Below, one piece after another: positions 1 to 13,363 of a DNA stretch of 64,000 bases (the first letter of the stretch is position 1; the number at the start of each line of letters is the position of its first letter). A program made the translations under genes and the position numbers. Source of the DNA: Eledone cirrhosa. Taxonomy: Eukaryota. The stretch lies in NCBI GenBank assembly GCA_964016885.1, contig OZ024749.1:29388001-29452000 (forward strand), given 5' to 3'. The notes below the pieces were generated by a model. The model saw nothing but the letters and a program-made list of their open reading frames with translations, did no database searches and had not been told where the DNA came from.

Positions 1-439
1 TGATAAAACACAGTAAACCAAAAGACAGACGTAAAGCGATAAAAGTAGATTGGTAAACGAACGCCTATTAAAAACCTCTGACATCAACTATTTTCTGCTC
101 ATGAGAGAAAGTGCTAACTCATTAAATTACAAGGCACTCTTAGAGTTTAGCTATCCAACAGATACCGTGCCGATCTTTACTTTTAGCGTTCCTCTTATCT
201 CTTGCTAATCTAATAAGTAGATAGTATAAATCACTAAACTCAAGGATTGTCTGTTATGATATGAGGAGCTGATTTTTGAGGAGGTGTCTTCTAAATTAAC
301 AATTCTACATTTAATATGTCACATGTGTTGGATATTTCTCATTTTGTTTTGCAGCTAGTATCTGCAAATTAACTGCAATAATACGCTATGTTTGTACACA
401 CACACACACACGCACACACACACACACGCACACACACAC

Positions 440-510
<71 letters not shown>

Positions 511-689
511 AGCAGTGCCGAATTTACCATTGTGCTTAGGTGTGTTTTGCCACGGGGGCCCATCATCCTGCTAAAATAAATGTTTACCTCCCTCTTTTTC
601 ACCGCCTCTCTTTCACTCTCTCTCACTCTTTCACACACGTTCTCTCTCAAGGTTTATCTTAAAAGAATGTTAGAACTCCACAAATCTTT

Positions 690-837
690 AAGCCGACTAC
701 CACACCATGACCCAGTCTTTGATAATCTCTGAGTCAGAGAATCTATTGCTATAAAAAAAAGACCAGACGGCATTACCATCTTCCCGTTCCGTGATGGTGA
801 ACCCCTCATCTGAGATGCCACATGCATCGACACATTC
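690..837 (+). mobile_element. CRE-clade non-LTR retrotransposon, restriction-like endonuclease fragment (decayed)
   Basis: Reads RPDGITIFPFRDGEPLI*DATCIDTF, matching the RPDG...WDATC.DT motif of CRE/RLE endonucleases; contains an in-frame stop. Confidence 0.75.
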
Positions 838-1165
838 CAGCTCGCGAAGCTCACACCTGCGGGTAGCCAACTCCGTGCCGATGTTGATGAGTAGGGAGGT
901 GATTCTAGGGCCAAGGACACCAGAAGTCTCCACTGATTCGAGCTCGACTTTGAACCTGTCGGAGAGCGACCGATGTTTGAAGGTTTTGCCTTCCTTGACC
1001 CGAAGTGCAGCAGAGTCTGGTTTAGTTGTAGGTAGACTGCATCAGGTTGCCGGTGGAGATAGTTTCGCTGCATGTGGCATCGCAGATGAGGGGTTTACCA
1101 CCACGGAACCGGAAGATGATCATGCCGTCTGCCTTTTATATTGCAAAAGATTCTCTGACTTATAG
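838..1165 (-). mobile_element. CRE-clade endonuclease fragment, inverted relative to 690-837
   Basis: Minus strand reads KADGMIIFRFRGGKPLICDATCSETISTGNL and VETSGVLGPRITSLLINIG, homologous to 33240-33460. Confidence 0.75.
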
Positions 1166-1169
1166 AATA

Positions 1170-1218
1170 TCAATCCCTGCTCTCTTTCTCTTTCTCTCTC
1201 ATTCATTCCTTCTTTCTT

Positions 1219-1263
<45 letters not shown>

Positions 1264-1653
1264 GCAATCCTTGTTCTCTCTCTCTCTCTCCCTTCTCTCA
1301 ATCCCTTTTCTCTCTCCCAATCCCGGCTTTCTCTCCCTTCTCTCAATCCATGTTCTCTCTCTCTCTATCTATCTCTCTCTCTCTCACACTCTTCTCTCTC
1401 TCTCTTTTCTCTCTCTTTCTTTCTCCGTCCCCCTCTCTCAATCCATGGTCTATCTCTCCCCTGCTCTCTCTCCCCTCCCTCAATCCCTGCCATCTCTCTC
1501 TCAACCCCTGATCCCACTCTCTCTCTCCCTCTCAATTTCTACTCTCACTCTCACAATCCCTTTTCTCTCTCCCAATCCCAGCTTTCTCTCCATTCTCTCA
1601 ATCCCTGTTCTCTCTTTCTCTCTCTCTCTCTCCTCGCAATCCTTGTTCTCTCT

Positions 1654-1716
<63 letters not shown>

Positions 1717-1849
1717 GCAATCCTTGTTCTCTCTCTCTCTCTCTCCTTCTCTCATCCCTTTTCTCTCTCTCCCATCCCGGCTTTCTCTCCCTTCTCTCAA
1801 TCTCTGTTCTCTCTCTCTCTATCTATCTCTCTCTCTCCTCGCAATCCTT

Positions 1850-1895
<46 letters not shown>

Positions 1896-1990
1896 TTCTC
1901 TCAATCCCTGTTCTCTTTTTCTCTTTCTCCCCCCCCCCAACCATCTCTCAATCCCTACACTCACTCTACCCCCCCCCTCTCTCTGACCTA
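1170..1990. repeat. (CT)n-rich compound microsatellite with recurring ctcaatccc / cctcgcaatccttgtt spacers
   Basis: Direct inspection. Confidence 0.9.
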
Positions 1991-2149
1991 TATATCTGTA
2001 AATATACATATATTTGCACTGCTCTCCCTCCATATTAGCCAAGCTCTATACAGCCAGCTAGTTCTTACCAACTGTTGTTGATGACGTCACCAAAGAACGC
2101 TCATAGTAACTGTAATAAACCAAAAGTCGCGTATAGAATACATTGAGGT

Positions 2150-2170
2150 GGCATACATAGATATATACAT

Positions 2171-2269
<99 letters not shown>

Positions 2270-2353
2270 CACACACACATATATACATATATATACATAC
2301 ACACACATACACCGCACACATATATATATATACACACATATATATATATACAT

Positions 2354-2388
<35 letters not shown>

Positions 2389-2462
2389 GTCACTATATAT
2401 ATATATTTACATACACACATATATATATATATATACACACACATATATATATATATATACAT

Positions 2463-2501
<39 letters not shown>

Positions 2502-2525
2502 GTCACTATATATATATATTTACAT

Positions 2526-2566
<41 letters not shown>

Positions 2567-4460
2567 CACACATATGTACACATACACACATATATATATA
2601 TACACACATACATATATATATACATACACACACACACGCACATATATATATATACACACACATATATATATATACCTACACACACACACATATATATATA
2701 TATAGATATATGTCTCTCTCTCTCTCTCTCTCTCTTAGTGAGTCTGTGTGTTTGTATGTGTATGTGTGAGTGTGTGTCTGTGTGAATGTATTTGTGAGTG
2801 TGAGTGAGTATGTGTGCTTGTGTATGTGTGTGTGTGTGTATGTATGTGCATGTCTGCGTGCCTGTATGTGTATGTGTGTATGTATGTGTGTGCCTGTATG
2901 TGTATGTAAGTCTGTATGTCTGTGTGCATGTATGTGTATGTGTGTATGTATGTGTAAGTGTGTGTGCCTGTATGTGTGTGTGTATGTATGTCTGTGTGCC
3001 TGTATGTGTATGTGTCTGAGTATATATGTATGTCTGTGTGCATGTATGTGTGTGCCGGTATGTGTCTGTATGTGTATATATTGTATATGTATGTATGTCT
3101 GTGTGCATCTATGTGTGTGCCGGTATGTGTATGTATGTATGTATGTCTGTGTATGTGTATGTATGTATGTGTCTGTATGTGTGTCTGTGTGCATGTGTGT
3201 GTATGTATGTGTGTGTCTGTATGTGTATGTGTGTGTATGTATGTGTGTCTGAGTGTGTATGTGTGTGTATGTATGTGTGTGTCTGTGTCTGTATGTGTGT
3301 ATGTGTGCATGTGCGTGTATGTATGTGTGTGTCTGTATGTGTGTGTCTGTATGTGTGTGTCTGTATGTGTGTCTGTGTGTGTATGTATGTGTGTGTCTGT
3401 ATGTGTGTCTGCGTGTGTATGTGTGTGTCTGTATGTGTGTCTGTGTGTGTATGTGTGTGTATGTATGTGTGTGTCTGTATGTGTGTCTGTGTACATGTGT
3501 GTGTATGTGTGTATGTATGTGTGTGTCTGTGTGTCTGTGTGCGTATGTGTGTGTATGTATGTGTGTGTCTGTATGTGTGTCTGCGTGTGTATGTGTGTGT
3601 ATGTATGTGTGTGTATGTATGTGTGTCTGTGTGTGTATGTGTGTGTATGTATGTGTGTGTCTGTATGTGTGTCTGTGTGTGTGTATGTGTGTGTATGTAT
3701 GTGTGTCTGTGTGTATGTGTGTGTATGTATGTGTGTGTCTGTATGTGTGTCTGTATGTGTATGTGTGTGTATGTATGTGTGTCTGTATGTGTGTCTGTAT
3801 GTGTATGTATGTGTGTGTCTGTATGTGTGTCTGTGTGTGTATGTGTGTGTGTATGTGTGTGTGTGTGTATGTGTGTGTCTGTATGTGTGTATGTGTGTGT
3901 ATGTGTGTGTATGTATGTGTGTCTCTGTATGTGTGTATGTGTGTGTATGTGTGTGTATGTATGTGTGTGTATGTATGTATGTATGTGTGTCTGTGTGTGT
4001 CTGTGTGTGTATGTGTGTGTATGTATGTGTGTATGTGTGTCTGTGTGTGTGTGTGTATGTATGTGTGTGTATGTATGTGTGTCTGTGTGTGTATGTGTGT
4101 GTATGTATGTGTGTGTATGTATGTGTGTCTGTGTGTCTGTGTGTGTCTGTGTGTGTATGTGTGTGTATGTATGTGTGTATGTGTGTCTGTGTGTGTATGT
4201 GTGTGTATGTATGTGTGTGTATGTATGTGTGTGTATGTATGTGTGTCTGTGTGTGTATGTGTGTGTATGTATGTGTGTGTATGTATGTGTGTATGTGTGT
4301 CTGTGTGTGTCTGTGTGTGTATGTGTGTGTATGTATGTGTGTATGTGTGTCTGTGTGTGTATGTGTGTGTATGTATGTGTGTGTATGTATGTGTGTGTAT
4401 GTATGTGTGTCTGTGTATGTATGTGTGTGTATGTATGTGTGTCTGTGTGCATGTGTGTCA
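2150..4460. repeat. Compound (TA)/(CA) then (TG/TATG/TCTG) microsatellite
   Basis: Direct inspection; source of the long low-complexity ORFs. Confidence 0.95.
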
Positions 4461-4689
4461 TCTGCTGCACAAAAAATTCCCTCTGGATATATTTTCGGTT
4501 TGTGAAATGAATTGATGAGGGATGATAATAAGTATTTAAACAAATGTCTGTTGTTGCTTCTCACTGTTCTTCTAAAGCAGGCGAACATCTTACCAGACGA
4601 CATTGCTATCATACCCCCCTACTCTCAAGAGCGTGAAACTAATAAACCTTTGTTCGTACTGCCTCTCTGTTTTGTTCCCGTTCCATTTT

Positions 4690-4815
<126 letters not shown>

Positions 4816-4828
4816 CGCGTGTGTGTGC

Positions 4829-4876
<48 letters not shown>

Positions 4877-4904
4877 TTGTGTGTGTGTGTATGTATGTAT
4901 TATG

Positions 4905-4935
<31 letters not shown>

Positions 4936-5012
4936 ATATATTATGTATGTTATGTATATTATATATGTATATATATATAGATATATATACATACGTACAT
5001 ATATATGTATAT

Positions 5013-5136
5013 ATATTTATTAAAATAACAGATTAAAGTTTAAGCAAAGAATCGCTGCTTTCACCCTTAACGGGATCTTCTGAAACTAAAGCAGCGATTC
5101 TTTGCTTAAACTTTAATCTGTTATTTTAATAAATAT
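5013..5136. repeat. Inverted repeat with ~49-bp arms; arm sequence recurs at ~7640-7700 and ~7815-7885
   Basis: ttaaaataacagattaaagtttaagcaaagaatcgctgcttt ... aaagcagcgattctttgcttaaactttaatctgttattttaa. Confidence 0.85.
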
Positions 5137-5492
5137 TTGCTCTACGGTTCTTATATATTTGATATATATTTACCCTTATCGAGCCTTCTTTGGATTTGAG
5201 TCTTCAAATTTATTATTATTACTATATATATATATATATATATTGTTATACTTGGGGGGGGGGGGGGGGGGGGGGGGCATATTTGTGTAATAGTATTGCC
5301 AGAATTAATAACAGAACACACTCACTGTTTGGTTGGTTTTCGCTTCTGTGTCTTTTATATCGGTTAATTTAATTTATTCGGTCCTCAATGTTGCCATTGA
5401 CTGACCAACGGTAAAAAATGCAGATACAATATAGACACAAACACATATATATATAGTCTATCAAAGTTCTTTCGTTGCATATCATGTCTCCC

Positions 5493-5563
5493 TATTTTAT
5501 CTGACGAAAACGCAAATGTTATTGCATGATGATATTTGTTTTTGAAATGCGCATAATAAAATA
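5493..5563 (+). ncRNA. Type I hammerhead ribozyme with minimal, palindromic stem III
   Basis: tattttat-CTGACGA-(stem II caaatgttat/atgatatttg)-GAAA-TGCGCA-TA|ataaaata; 8-bp stem I; AUA cleavage triplet; AATAAA overlaps the cut. Confidence 0.8.
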
Positions 5564-5935
5564 CATGGAACTCTTTTAACCATCTTTTGATCTTATATAT
5601 TATTTATACTCCAGTCCTACAAATTGTAGAGTGCTTCTTATCCGATATCTGCATTGCTTTATTGTACTACAATAAAACTCACCTTCTACATTATATATAT
5701 ATATATATATATATATCACACACACACTCACACACACACACACACATATACATTTATCTCGTACTGATGACTAAAACATCTAAGATAATTTCTGTAGTAC
5801 ATTATAGACATTTATAGACTTTTAATACTCCATTAACATTAATAAATTATGTGGGTATATATATATATATATATATATACGCGTACATATATATTTCTAG
5901 GGGTACTTAGTACCCATGGGCATATTAACTTCTTC

Positions 5936-6026
<91 letters not shown>

Positions 6027-6036
6027 CATACATATG

Positions 6037-6089
<53 letters not shown>

Positions 6090-6222
6090 TTGTATGTGTA
6101 TCAATATTAATCCATTTATATACATATATTTGTGTGTATGTATAAAATGTATATGCATGTATATATAAACATAGATATACATAGGTGTATATGCATATAT
6201 ATATAAACATAGATATACATAG

Positions 6223-6272
<50 letters not shown>

Positions 6273-6295
6273 ATATGTGTGTATGCATGAAATAA

Positions 6296-7420
6296 CACCG
6301 TGCAACAAAAACATTTTTTTTTCTCTGTTCCTGGCTTGTAATCACTTTTTTTGTGTTGCTTAGGTCCTAAATAAATAAAAAAAGTGCTATTAAACAGTTA
6401 AAAGTTTGGGTTTGTAAACATTCTAAGCTATTCACTAGAATTATTTGTATCCTGGATTTTACGTTGTATGTAAGTTTAATTTGCTTATGTTAAATGATTT
6501 TTTAAATATATGTTTCAGGTTAAATTAAAATTATAAAATAAAGAGTAATACCTTATTTATAAAATTATAAAAGTGCAATAAAATATAAAATTGTTAAAAA
6601 GTGGATTAAAGAGATTTATTGATACTGGATTTTCGCACCCTGAATAAAGGGTAAGTTGTGTTTTAAGCATTCGTCTCCAGGATGAAGCAGTGGAACTTGG
6701 TCAAGGAGGAAATGCAGGTGACAAGTCAGAGAAGTCGACACGAACCTTTCTCAGGCTTTTACACTCTTAGGGATCGCCTCTGCTTCTGCCATGACGTGCC
6801 TGGACTGTTTGACGTTATTGGGGTGCCGTTTGTGCCCAAGGAGTGTCGGCTATTTATAGACACCTCCACCACAAGTTTGAAGACTGTAGCTCCACCACAA
6901 GTTTGAAGACTGTCCTCCTCCACAATGGAAACAAGTTCCCGACACTGCCCCCTAGCTCATTCAGTTTGCCTGAAGGAAGATTACTACAGTGTGAAAGTCC
7001 TCTTGGAAGCTCTGCAATACAACCAGTACAATTGGGAAATCATTGGAGACTTCAAGACGGTGGCTTTCCTGCTTCGACTCCAAGGAGGCTTTATCTAATT
7101 CCAATGCTTCCTCTGCCTTTGGGACAGCAGAGCCACCTCTGACCACTACAAAAGAAAGAACTGGGAGCAGCGAACAGAATTTGTAGTTGGGACCCGGAAC
7201 ATCATGTGGGAGCCACTGGTTGATCCCAGGATTGTGCTCATGCCGCCATGCACATTAAGTTGAGGTTGATGAAGCAGTTTGTGAAGGCTCTCAACCAAGA
7301 ATCAGCCGCTTTTAAGTACCTTCTTGAGTTCTTTCCCAAATTATCTGAGGCCAAAATCAAAGGTGGAATTTTTGTTGGACCTCAGATAAAGAAGGTGTTT
7401 GAGTCTACCGAGTTCTCCAT
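6296..7420 (+). mobile_element. Chapaev3 (CMC superfamily) DNA transposon, left end plus frameshifted transposase remnant
   Basis: RLFIDTSTTSLKTVLLHNGNKFP, CFLCLWDSRA, HIKLRLMKQFVKAL, FPKLSEAKIKGGIFVGPQI motifs; CAC-type start at 6296. Confidence 0.75.
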
Positions 7421-7468
7421 TATAATCAGTTTATGCTGTAGAACGCAAAATCTATAATTATATTTAAA

Positions 7469-8263
7469 TACGAGCAGAATGGCCCGGCGTTGTTCGGGAT
7501 TTGCTATAGGGTTCTTATATATTTGATATATATTTATCCTTATCGAACCTCGTGAAATAAATACGTTTGTTTATATTTTGTTATTGTGTATGCAAAAATA
7601 TCTGTCCATAAATATATAATTATATATATATATATATATATTAAAATAACAGACTAAAGTTTAAGCAAAGAATCACTGCTTTCACCCTTAACGGGATATT
7701 CTACCTAAAAGCAGTATGAAGTACATACACTAAGACTAATTAATGTAATCTTTGGCCTTGTTTGTTTATATTTTGATTTTGTGTATACAAAAATATCTGT
7801 ACACGAATATCTATATTAAAATAACATATTAATGTTTAAGCAAAGAATCGCTGCTTTCAACCTTAACGGGATCTTCTTAAACTAAAAAAATCAATCTGGA
7901 AAACAGGAAGACGATACTTTGGTTCGTGAAGACGTTCCCTGGCATAAGAATATATATACATACACACACTGATCGCGTCATAATGACGTAATGCAGACAG
8001 TCAGGCATACAGACAGATATTATGAAGGCGCGACGTCATATCTATGTATCTATCTAAAAAGAGAAAGACTAAGAGAAAGAGAAAGAGATCGCTAAATCGC
8101 CTAATGCGGTCCCTAGGGCATTGAAAATTTGAAATTTATTTTGCTCAAAACACTTCCGGTGTCATATGAGTTACATGTATAAAGTTTGAAAAAAACCGGT
8201 TGGGTACTTCTCGAGTTTTAGGGAAACAGACACACAGACATCCTCTGTTTTATATATATAGAT
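7469..8263 (+). mobile_element. Probable Helentron-associated non-autonomous element (HINE/DINE-1-like)
   Basis: Starts tacgagcagaatggcccggcgttgttcggg and ends acagacacacagacatcctctgttttatatatatagat, resembling typical HINE termini. Confidence 0.55.
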
Positions 8264-8528
8264 AGTTAAAATAAACTGTTGGGGGAGAGAGATGAAGGGG
8301 GATAGAGTGTGGTAGGGAGAGAGGGACAGATAGAGACAGAGAAAGAGTGAAGAGTGTGAGAGAGAGAGGGGAATGAAAGGAATGGAGGGGAGAGGGGGAT
8401 AGAGAGACAGAGTGAGAGAAAGAGAGACAGAGATAGAGGGAAGAGTATTAGAGGGAAGGGAGAGAAGGAAAGAGGGATGGAAGGGAGAGAGAGGAAACGG
8501 TGATGAGAGAAAATTAACAGTCGTTTAT

Positions 8529-8597
<69 letters not shown>

Positions 8598-8633
8598 CAA
8601 AAGTAAAAACAATTATTATTAAAACATTTAATA

Positions 8634-8707
8634 GACTTACGATCGTTTCACTAGGCTAACCAGGAATGAATTAAAGTTCATTCTTGGAAGAATAAATCAT
8701 CAGTGTC
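8634..8707 (-). ncRNA. Hammerhead ribozyme, left arm of a fold-back element
   Basis: Minus strand: gaca-CTGATGA-...-GAAAC-GATC-GTA|agtc. Confidence 0.65.
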
Positions 8708-8811
8708 AAATAAATTCAAATAATTTACCTTATAAATTTAAATATACCAATGGGAGAAATGTTCTGACTTCATAAGCCAGAACACGTAAGGTAAATCATT
8801 TGAATTTAATT

Positions 8812-8885
8812 GACTCTGATGAGTTATTCTTCCAAGAATGAACTTTATTTCATTCCTGGCTAATCTAGTGAAACGGCCGTAAGTC
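8812..8885 (+). ncRNA. Hammerhead ribozyme, right arm of a fold-back element
   Basis: gact-CTGATGA-(ccaagaatgaa/ttcattcctgg)-GAAAC-GGCC-GTA|agtc. Confidence 0.75.
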
Positions 8886-8904
8886 TATTAAATGTTTTAA
8901 TAAT

Positions 8905-9092
8905 AACTGTTTCTACTTTTGGCACAAGGCCAGCAATTACTCCAGTGCATTACTGGTACTTTATTTTATCGACCCCGTAAGGATGAAAGGCAAAGTTAAC
9001 CTCGACGGGATTTGAACTCAGACCGTAAAGAGACGTAACTATGCTGGAAAGCATGGTGTCCGACCCTCTACCGATACTGCCAATCCACCGCC
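8905..9092 (-). mobile_element. tRNA-derived SINE (dominant family in the window)
   Basis: Reverse complement of the 11060-11254 consensus (gggcggtggattggcagtatcggtagag...gagttcaaatcc...ggggtcgataaaataaagtaccagt). Confidence 0.85.
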
Positions 9093-9162
9093 CTTGTTTT
9101 AATAATAATGTTTTAATAATAATGGCATAGTATTTGTTTATATATATATATATATATATATA

Positions 9163-10350
9163 TCTGAAAAGGGTCAACTTATTACTTGGCCAACAAGGAA
9201 GGTATACAAAATATCCGTGTTTCCTGTGTTTATGGGATAGCTGAGCGAAAGACAAACATTGGGAACAGAAGTACTAGCTAGCTAGATATAGTTCGACTGT
9301 TGGAGAGAAGAATATCATACACCAACCACTTGTTGGGTGAGAGAAAATCATCTTCCCATCCTGTCATATTAAACTAGGACTAATGAAGCTGTTTGTCAAA
9401 GCTCTTAATGTGGAGGGTGACTGTTTCAAATCCATATGTGCAATATTTCCTGGCCTAAGTTATGATGAAATTAAGGCTGGTGGTTTTGACGGGACACGAA
9501 TCAGAAAGTTAATGAAATGACAAAACTTCTCGAGCTCGATGACTGACGTAGAAAAAAGAGCATGCGATTCATTTGTGTCTGTTGTGAAAGGATTTTTAGG
9601 CAGCAAAAAGGCCACAAGCTACAAGGATTTGGTGGAGACATTGCTTGATAGCTTTCACCTTTTATGTAACATGAGCAACATGAGCATAAAGATTTATTTC
9701 TTCAAGAGCCATTTCGATTAATTTTCTGTTAATTTAGGGGACGTTAGCAATAACCATGGCGAGCGCTTCAATCAAGATATAAGGTTATGGAGGAGAGATA
9801 TCAAGGTAGATGAAACACACACATGATGGCAGACTACTGTTGGCGTATTCAAAGAGACTGATGCGACATGAAACACCCCAGGTGCTCTCGTAAGCGAAAA
9901 TTAGTTACGTGAATATGTTGGATAGTGTAAGATTGTTTGTGCTTTATCCATTTTATTTGAGAATTAACAAGATGTATTTAATATTTCATCTATCATATCA
10001 GATTCTCTTAACATTATAACTTATGGTTTCAAGCTATAAGACTAAGTAATCCATCCTACTATGCTTTGCGTGGAGTTATGGTCCTTTACGTTCTGAGTTC
10101 AAATCCCACCGAGGTTAGCTTTGCCTTTCATCCTTAAGGGGTCGATAAAATAAAGTACGAGTAATGCACTGGGGAGTAATTGCTGGCCTTGTTCCTGAAG
10201 TAGAAACAGTTGTTCATACAGTATATAATAACATATAGAATGAAAACCTGATGTGTTAGGGGAAAATAGATGCCATATTTGAAATCAGCACCCCAAAATT
10301 AGATAATAACAACAAAAGAACCCAAGTCAACACGAAGTGCGTTGACCAGT
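9163..10350 (+). mobile_element. Second Chapaev3 remnant: transposase C-terminal half and right end, interrupted by a SINE at ~10045-10213
   Basis: LLGQQGRYTKYPCFLCLWDS, HIKLGLMKLFVKAL, KGFLGSKKATSYKDLVE, NHGERFNQDI, MMADYCW; ends ...gaaatcagcacccc...gttgaccagt. Confidence 0.75.
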
Positions 10351-10605
10351 ATAATCATTAACGCACTGCTTCTTAAAGATACCGACTATGGTGAAATACC
10401 AAACGTAGAATCACAGATCGGTAGCCAGACTTAAATATTAGCATTGGATGCGCCAACTGGTGAACCATCAGTAACTAAGGTCACACATCAATACACGTAT
10501 ATAGATAAATATATGTATGTAAAAAATAAGCAGAAATAACCACACAATCGGTACAGTATATGGAAGGAATATATTAGTTTAACGCTTGAAATAGCAGGAG
10601 GAGGG

Positions 10606-10643
10606 TCTTAATGTTTCGGGACGCTAGTCCTTCATCAGAAGAA
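10606..10643 (-). ncRNA. Minimal hammerhead ribozyme (Penelope pLTR type)
   Basis: Minus strand: tctt-CTGATGA-aGGAC tagc GTCCc-GAAAC-ATT|aaga; stem III probably decayed from AACGTT. Confidence 0.65.
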
Positions 10644-10664
10644 AGAATGGGAAATTAGAAAGAT

Positions 10665-10835
10665 TGAAGGGACGGGCAGGGTGGAATCGGAAAAAAATGT
10701 CGAGCTCCACCGCAAGATTGGAGCGTTGGCGGCCCGCCTGAGGAGGGAGCCCACGAGGTTGAGTGGCTGTTGCAGCGGGTGCCACTGACCATCGTCCGGG
10801 GGAATGCTTTTGCCGTCTTGTCAGCGGGGCGCAAC
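10665..10835 (+). mobile_element. CRE-clade retrotransposon C-terminal fragment
   Basis: ELHRKIGALAARLRREP / EVEWLLQRVPLTIVRGNAFAVLSAG across a frameshift; resembles the FQRISxxIxRGN motif. Confidence 0.7.
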
Positions 10836-11059
10836 ACTCCTGCCCTCTTTCCCCAGACCCAAAGTACAATCACCCTCCCCTTTCACCCCCTCCCATTTCT
10901 TCTGCGACACCTGAGCTCTTGCCATCCCCTCCCCTTCCCGATCTTTTTCTTCTTTCTCTCCTCTTTTTTACCCCCTCCCCCTATATTTATCTATTCTTTC
11001 TTTCTTTTTGTTTCCCCTTCTTTTTTATTATTTCTATATTATTTCTATATTTCTATATA

Positions 11060-11427
11060 GGGCGGTAGATTGGCAGTATCGGTAGAGGGTCGGACGCCAT
11101 GCTTTGCAGCAAAGAGTTACGGCCCTTTATGATCTGAGTTCAAATCCCGCCGAGGTTAACTTTGCCTTTCACCCTTACGGGGGTCGATAAAATAAAGTAC
11201 CAGTAATACACTGAGATAATTGCTGGCCTTGTGCCAAAAGTAGAAACAATTATTGGGCGGTAGATTAGCAGTATCGGTAGAGCGTCGGACACCATACTTT
11301 GCAACATATAGTTACGTCTCTTTACGTTCTGCGTTCAAATCCCGCTGAGGTTAGCTTTGCTTTCATCCTTAAGGGGTCGATAAACTACCAGTAATACACT
11401 GGTGTGGATTTAATCGAAACAATTATT
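11060..11427 (+). mobile_element. Two tandem tRNA-derived SINE copies
   Basis: A-box-like tggcagtatcggtag, B-box gagttcaaatcc, shared body and aattatt tail; second copy starts at ~11255. Confidence 0.85.
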
Positions 11428-11689
11428 TCTATATTGAAAATAAAAAAGTTCAAGTTAAAAAAAAAGATAGATTGGTATTTATTTATTTACCTCGAATGGA
11501 TGAAAGGGAACGTTTACCTCGACGGGATTTAAACTCAGAGAGCAGACGGAACAAATACCACAAGATATTCTATCTAATGTTCTAAAGACTACCAATTCTT
11601 TCACTCATTCTATCTTTTACCTTTTCACTTCGGTACTCTCTCTATCTGTTACTTTCCCATTCCATTATTTTCCCTATCAACCAACTTCG

Positions 11690-11752
<63 letters not shown>

Positions 11753-12339
11753 ATTTATCTCTCTCTCTCGCTCTCTCTATCAAACCAACCTCCTACTCTC
11801 ACTCTCTATTATTTTGTCTTTCAACCAACATCCCACTCTATCTCTCTCTTTATTACTCACTCTATCAACCAACCTCCTACTCTCACTCTCTATTACTTTC
11901 TCTATCAACCAACCTCCCACTCTCTCTCTCTCTCTCTCGTTATTACTCGCTCTATCAACCAACACCTTACCCTTTCTCTCTTCGTTACTCTCTCTATCAA
12001 CAAACCTCCCACTCTCACTCTCTCTATCATTTCAATAAAATTATTATCGTCTGCAGGAACGGAGGTAGGAGTAGGAACGGGAGGAGGAACAGGAGGAGGA
12101 TAAGAGGAGAAGAAAAAAAAAATGAAAGAGTCGATGACGTCATCATTTTGCGCGGCGACATTTGATTGATTGAACTTTTTCTGTGATTTCTGAAAGAAGC
12201 CCCCCTCCCGTAAATACACACACACACACACATACATACATGCACAGACTCATACACATACACTCCAATTCAAAAACACAGACACACACACTACAGTCCA
12301 ATCGCACACAGACACACACACACACTCCAGTCTAATCAC

Positions 12340-13160
12340 ACATAATCACAGATACACAAATACACTGCCACAGATACCAATACACTACCACATACACCAA
12401 TACACTGCCACATACACCAATACACTGCCACAGACACCAATACGCTGCCACAGATACACTACCACAGACACCAATACACTACCACAGACACCAATACACT
12501 GCCACAGATACCAATACGCTGCCACAGATACACTACCACAGACACCAACACACTGCCACAGATACCAACACACTGCCACAGATACACTGCTACAGATACC
12601 AATACACTACCACAGACACCAACACACTGCCACAGATACCAACACACTGCCACAGATACACTGCTACAGATACCAATACACTACCACAGACACCAATACA
12701 CTGCCACAGACACCATTACACTGCCACAGACACCAATACACTGCCACAGATACACTACCACAGACACCAACACACTGCCACAGATACACTGCTACAGATA
12801 CCAACACACTGCCACAGATACACTGCTACAGATACCAATACACTGCCACAGATACCAATACACTGCCACAGATACACTGCTACTGATACCAATACACTAC
12901 CACTGTCACAGATACCAACACACTGCCACATACACCAATACACTGCCACAGATACACTACCACAGACACCAACACACTGCCACAGACACCAACACACTGC
13001 CACAGACACCAATATACTGCTACAGACATCAACACACTGCCACAGAAACAGACATACACACACTGTCGCAGACACACCCACACACACATAGACACACACT
13101 GCCACAGACACACACTGCTACACACACACACACACTGCCACAGACACCAACACACCTGTA
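12340..13160. repeat. Minisatellite of mixed ~20-bp and ~13-bp units (cactgccacagataccaata / cactgccacagata)
   Basis: Direct inspection. Confidence 0.9.
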
Positions 13161-13319
13161 CACTGGAGTCCATACAATATGTAGTTATCCATTCATTTAT
13201 TGTTCCTACATTATTAACCTTGAGATAATCAAGGCAACTGTCACAGTGTGGTAGACTTCTGTAGCATTGTCTCTCTCTCTCACTCTCTCTATTGATATCT
13301 CTCTCACTCTCTCTATGGA

Positions 13320-13363
<44 letters not shown>

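Noticed and set aside
2735-4612. Long His/Thr- and Val/Cys-rich ORFs, and all YI/HT/ER/LS ORFs in the track
   Set aside because: Translations of microsatellites that are open in several frames on both strands.
10624-10869. Minus-strand ORF read as a GIY-YIG C-terminus upstream of the HHR
   Set aside because: The plus strand matches the CRE endonuclease much better.
11060-11150. tRNA genes
   Set aside because: A/B boxes belong to SINE heads followed by a shared body; no convincing cloverleaf.
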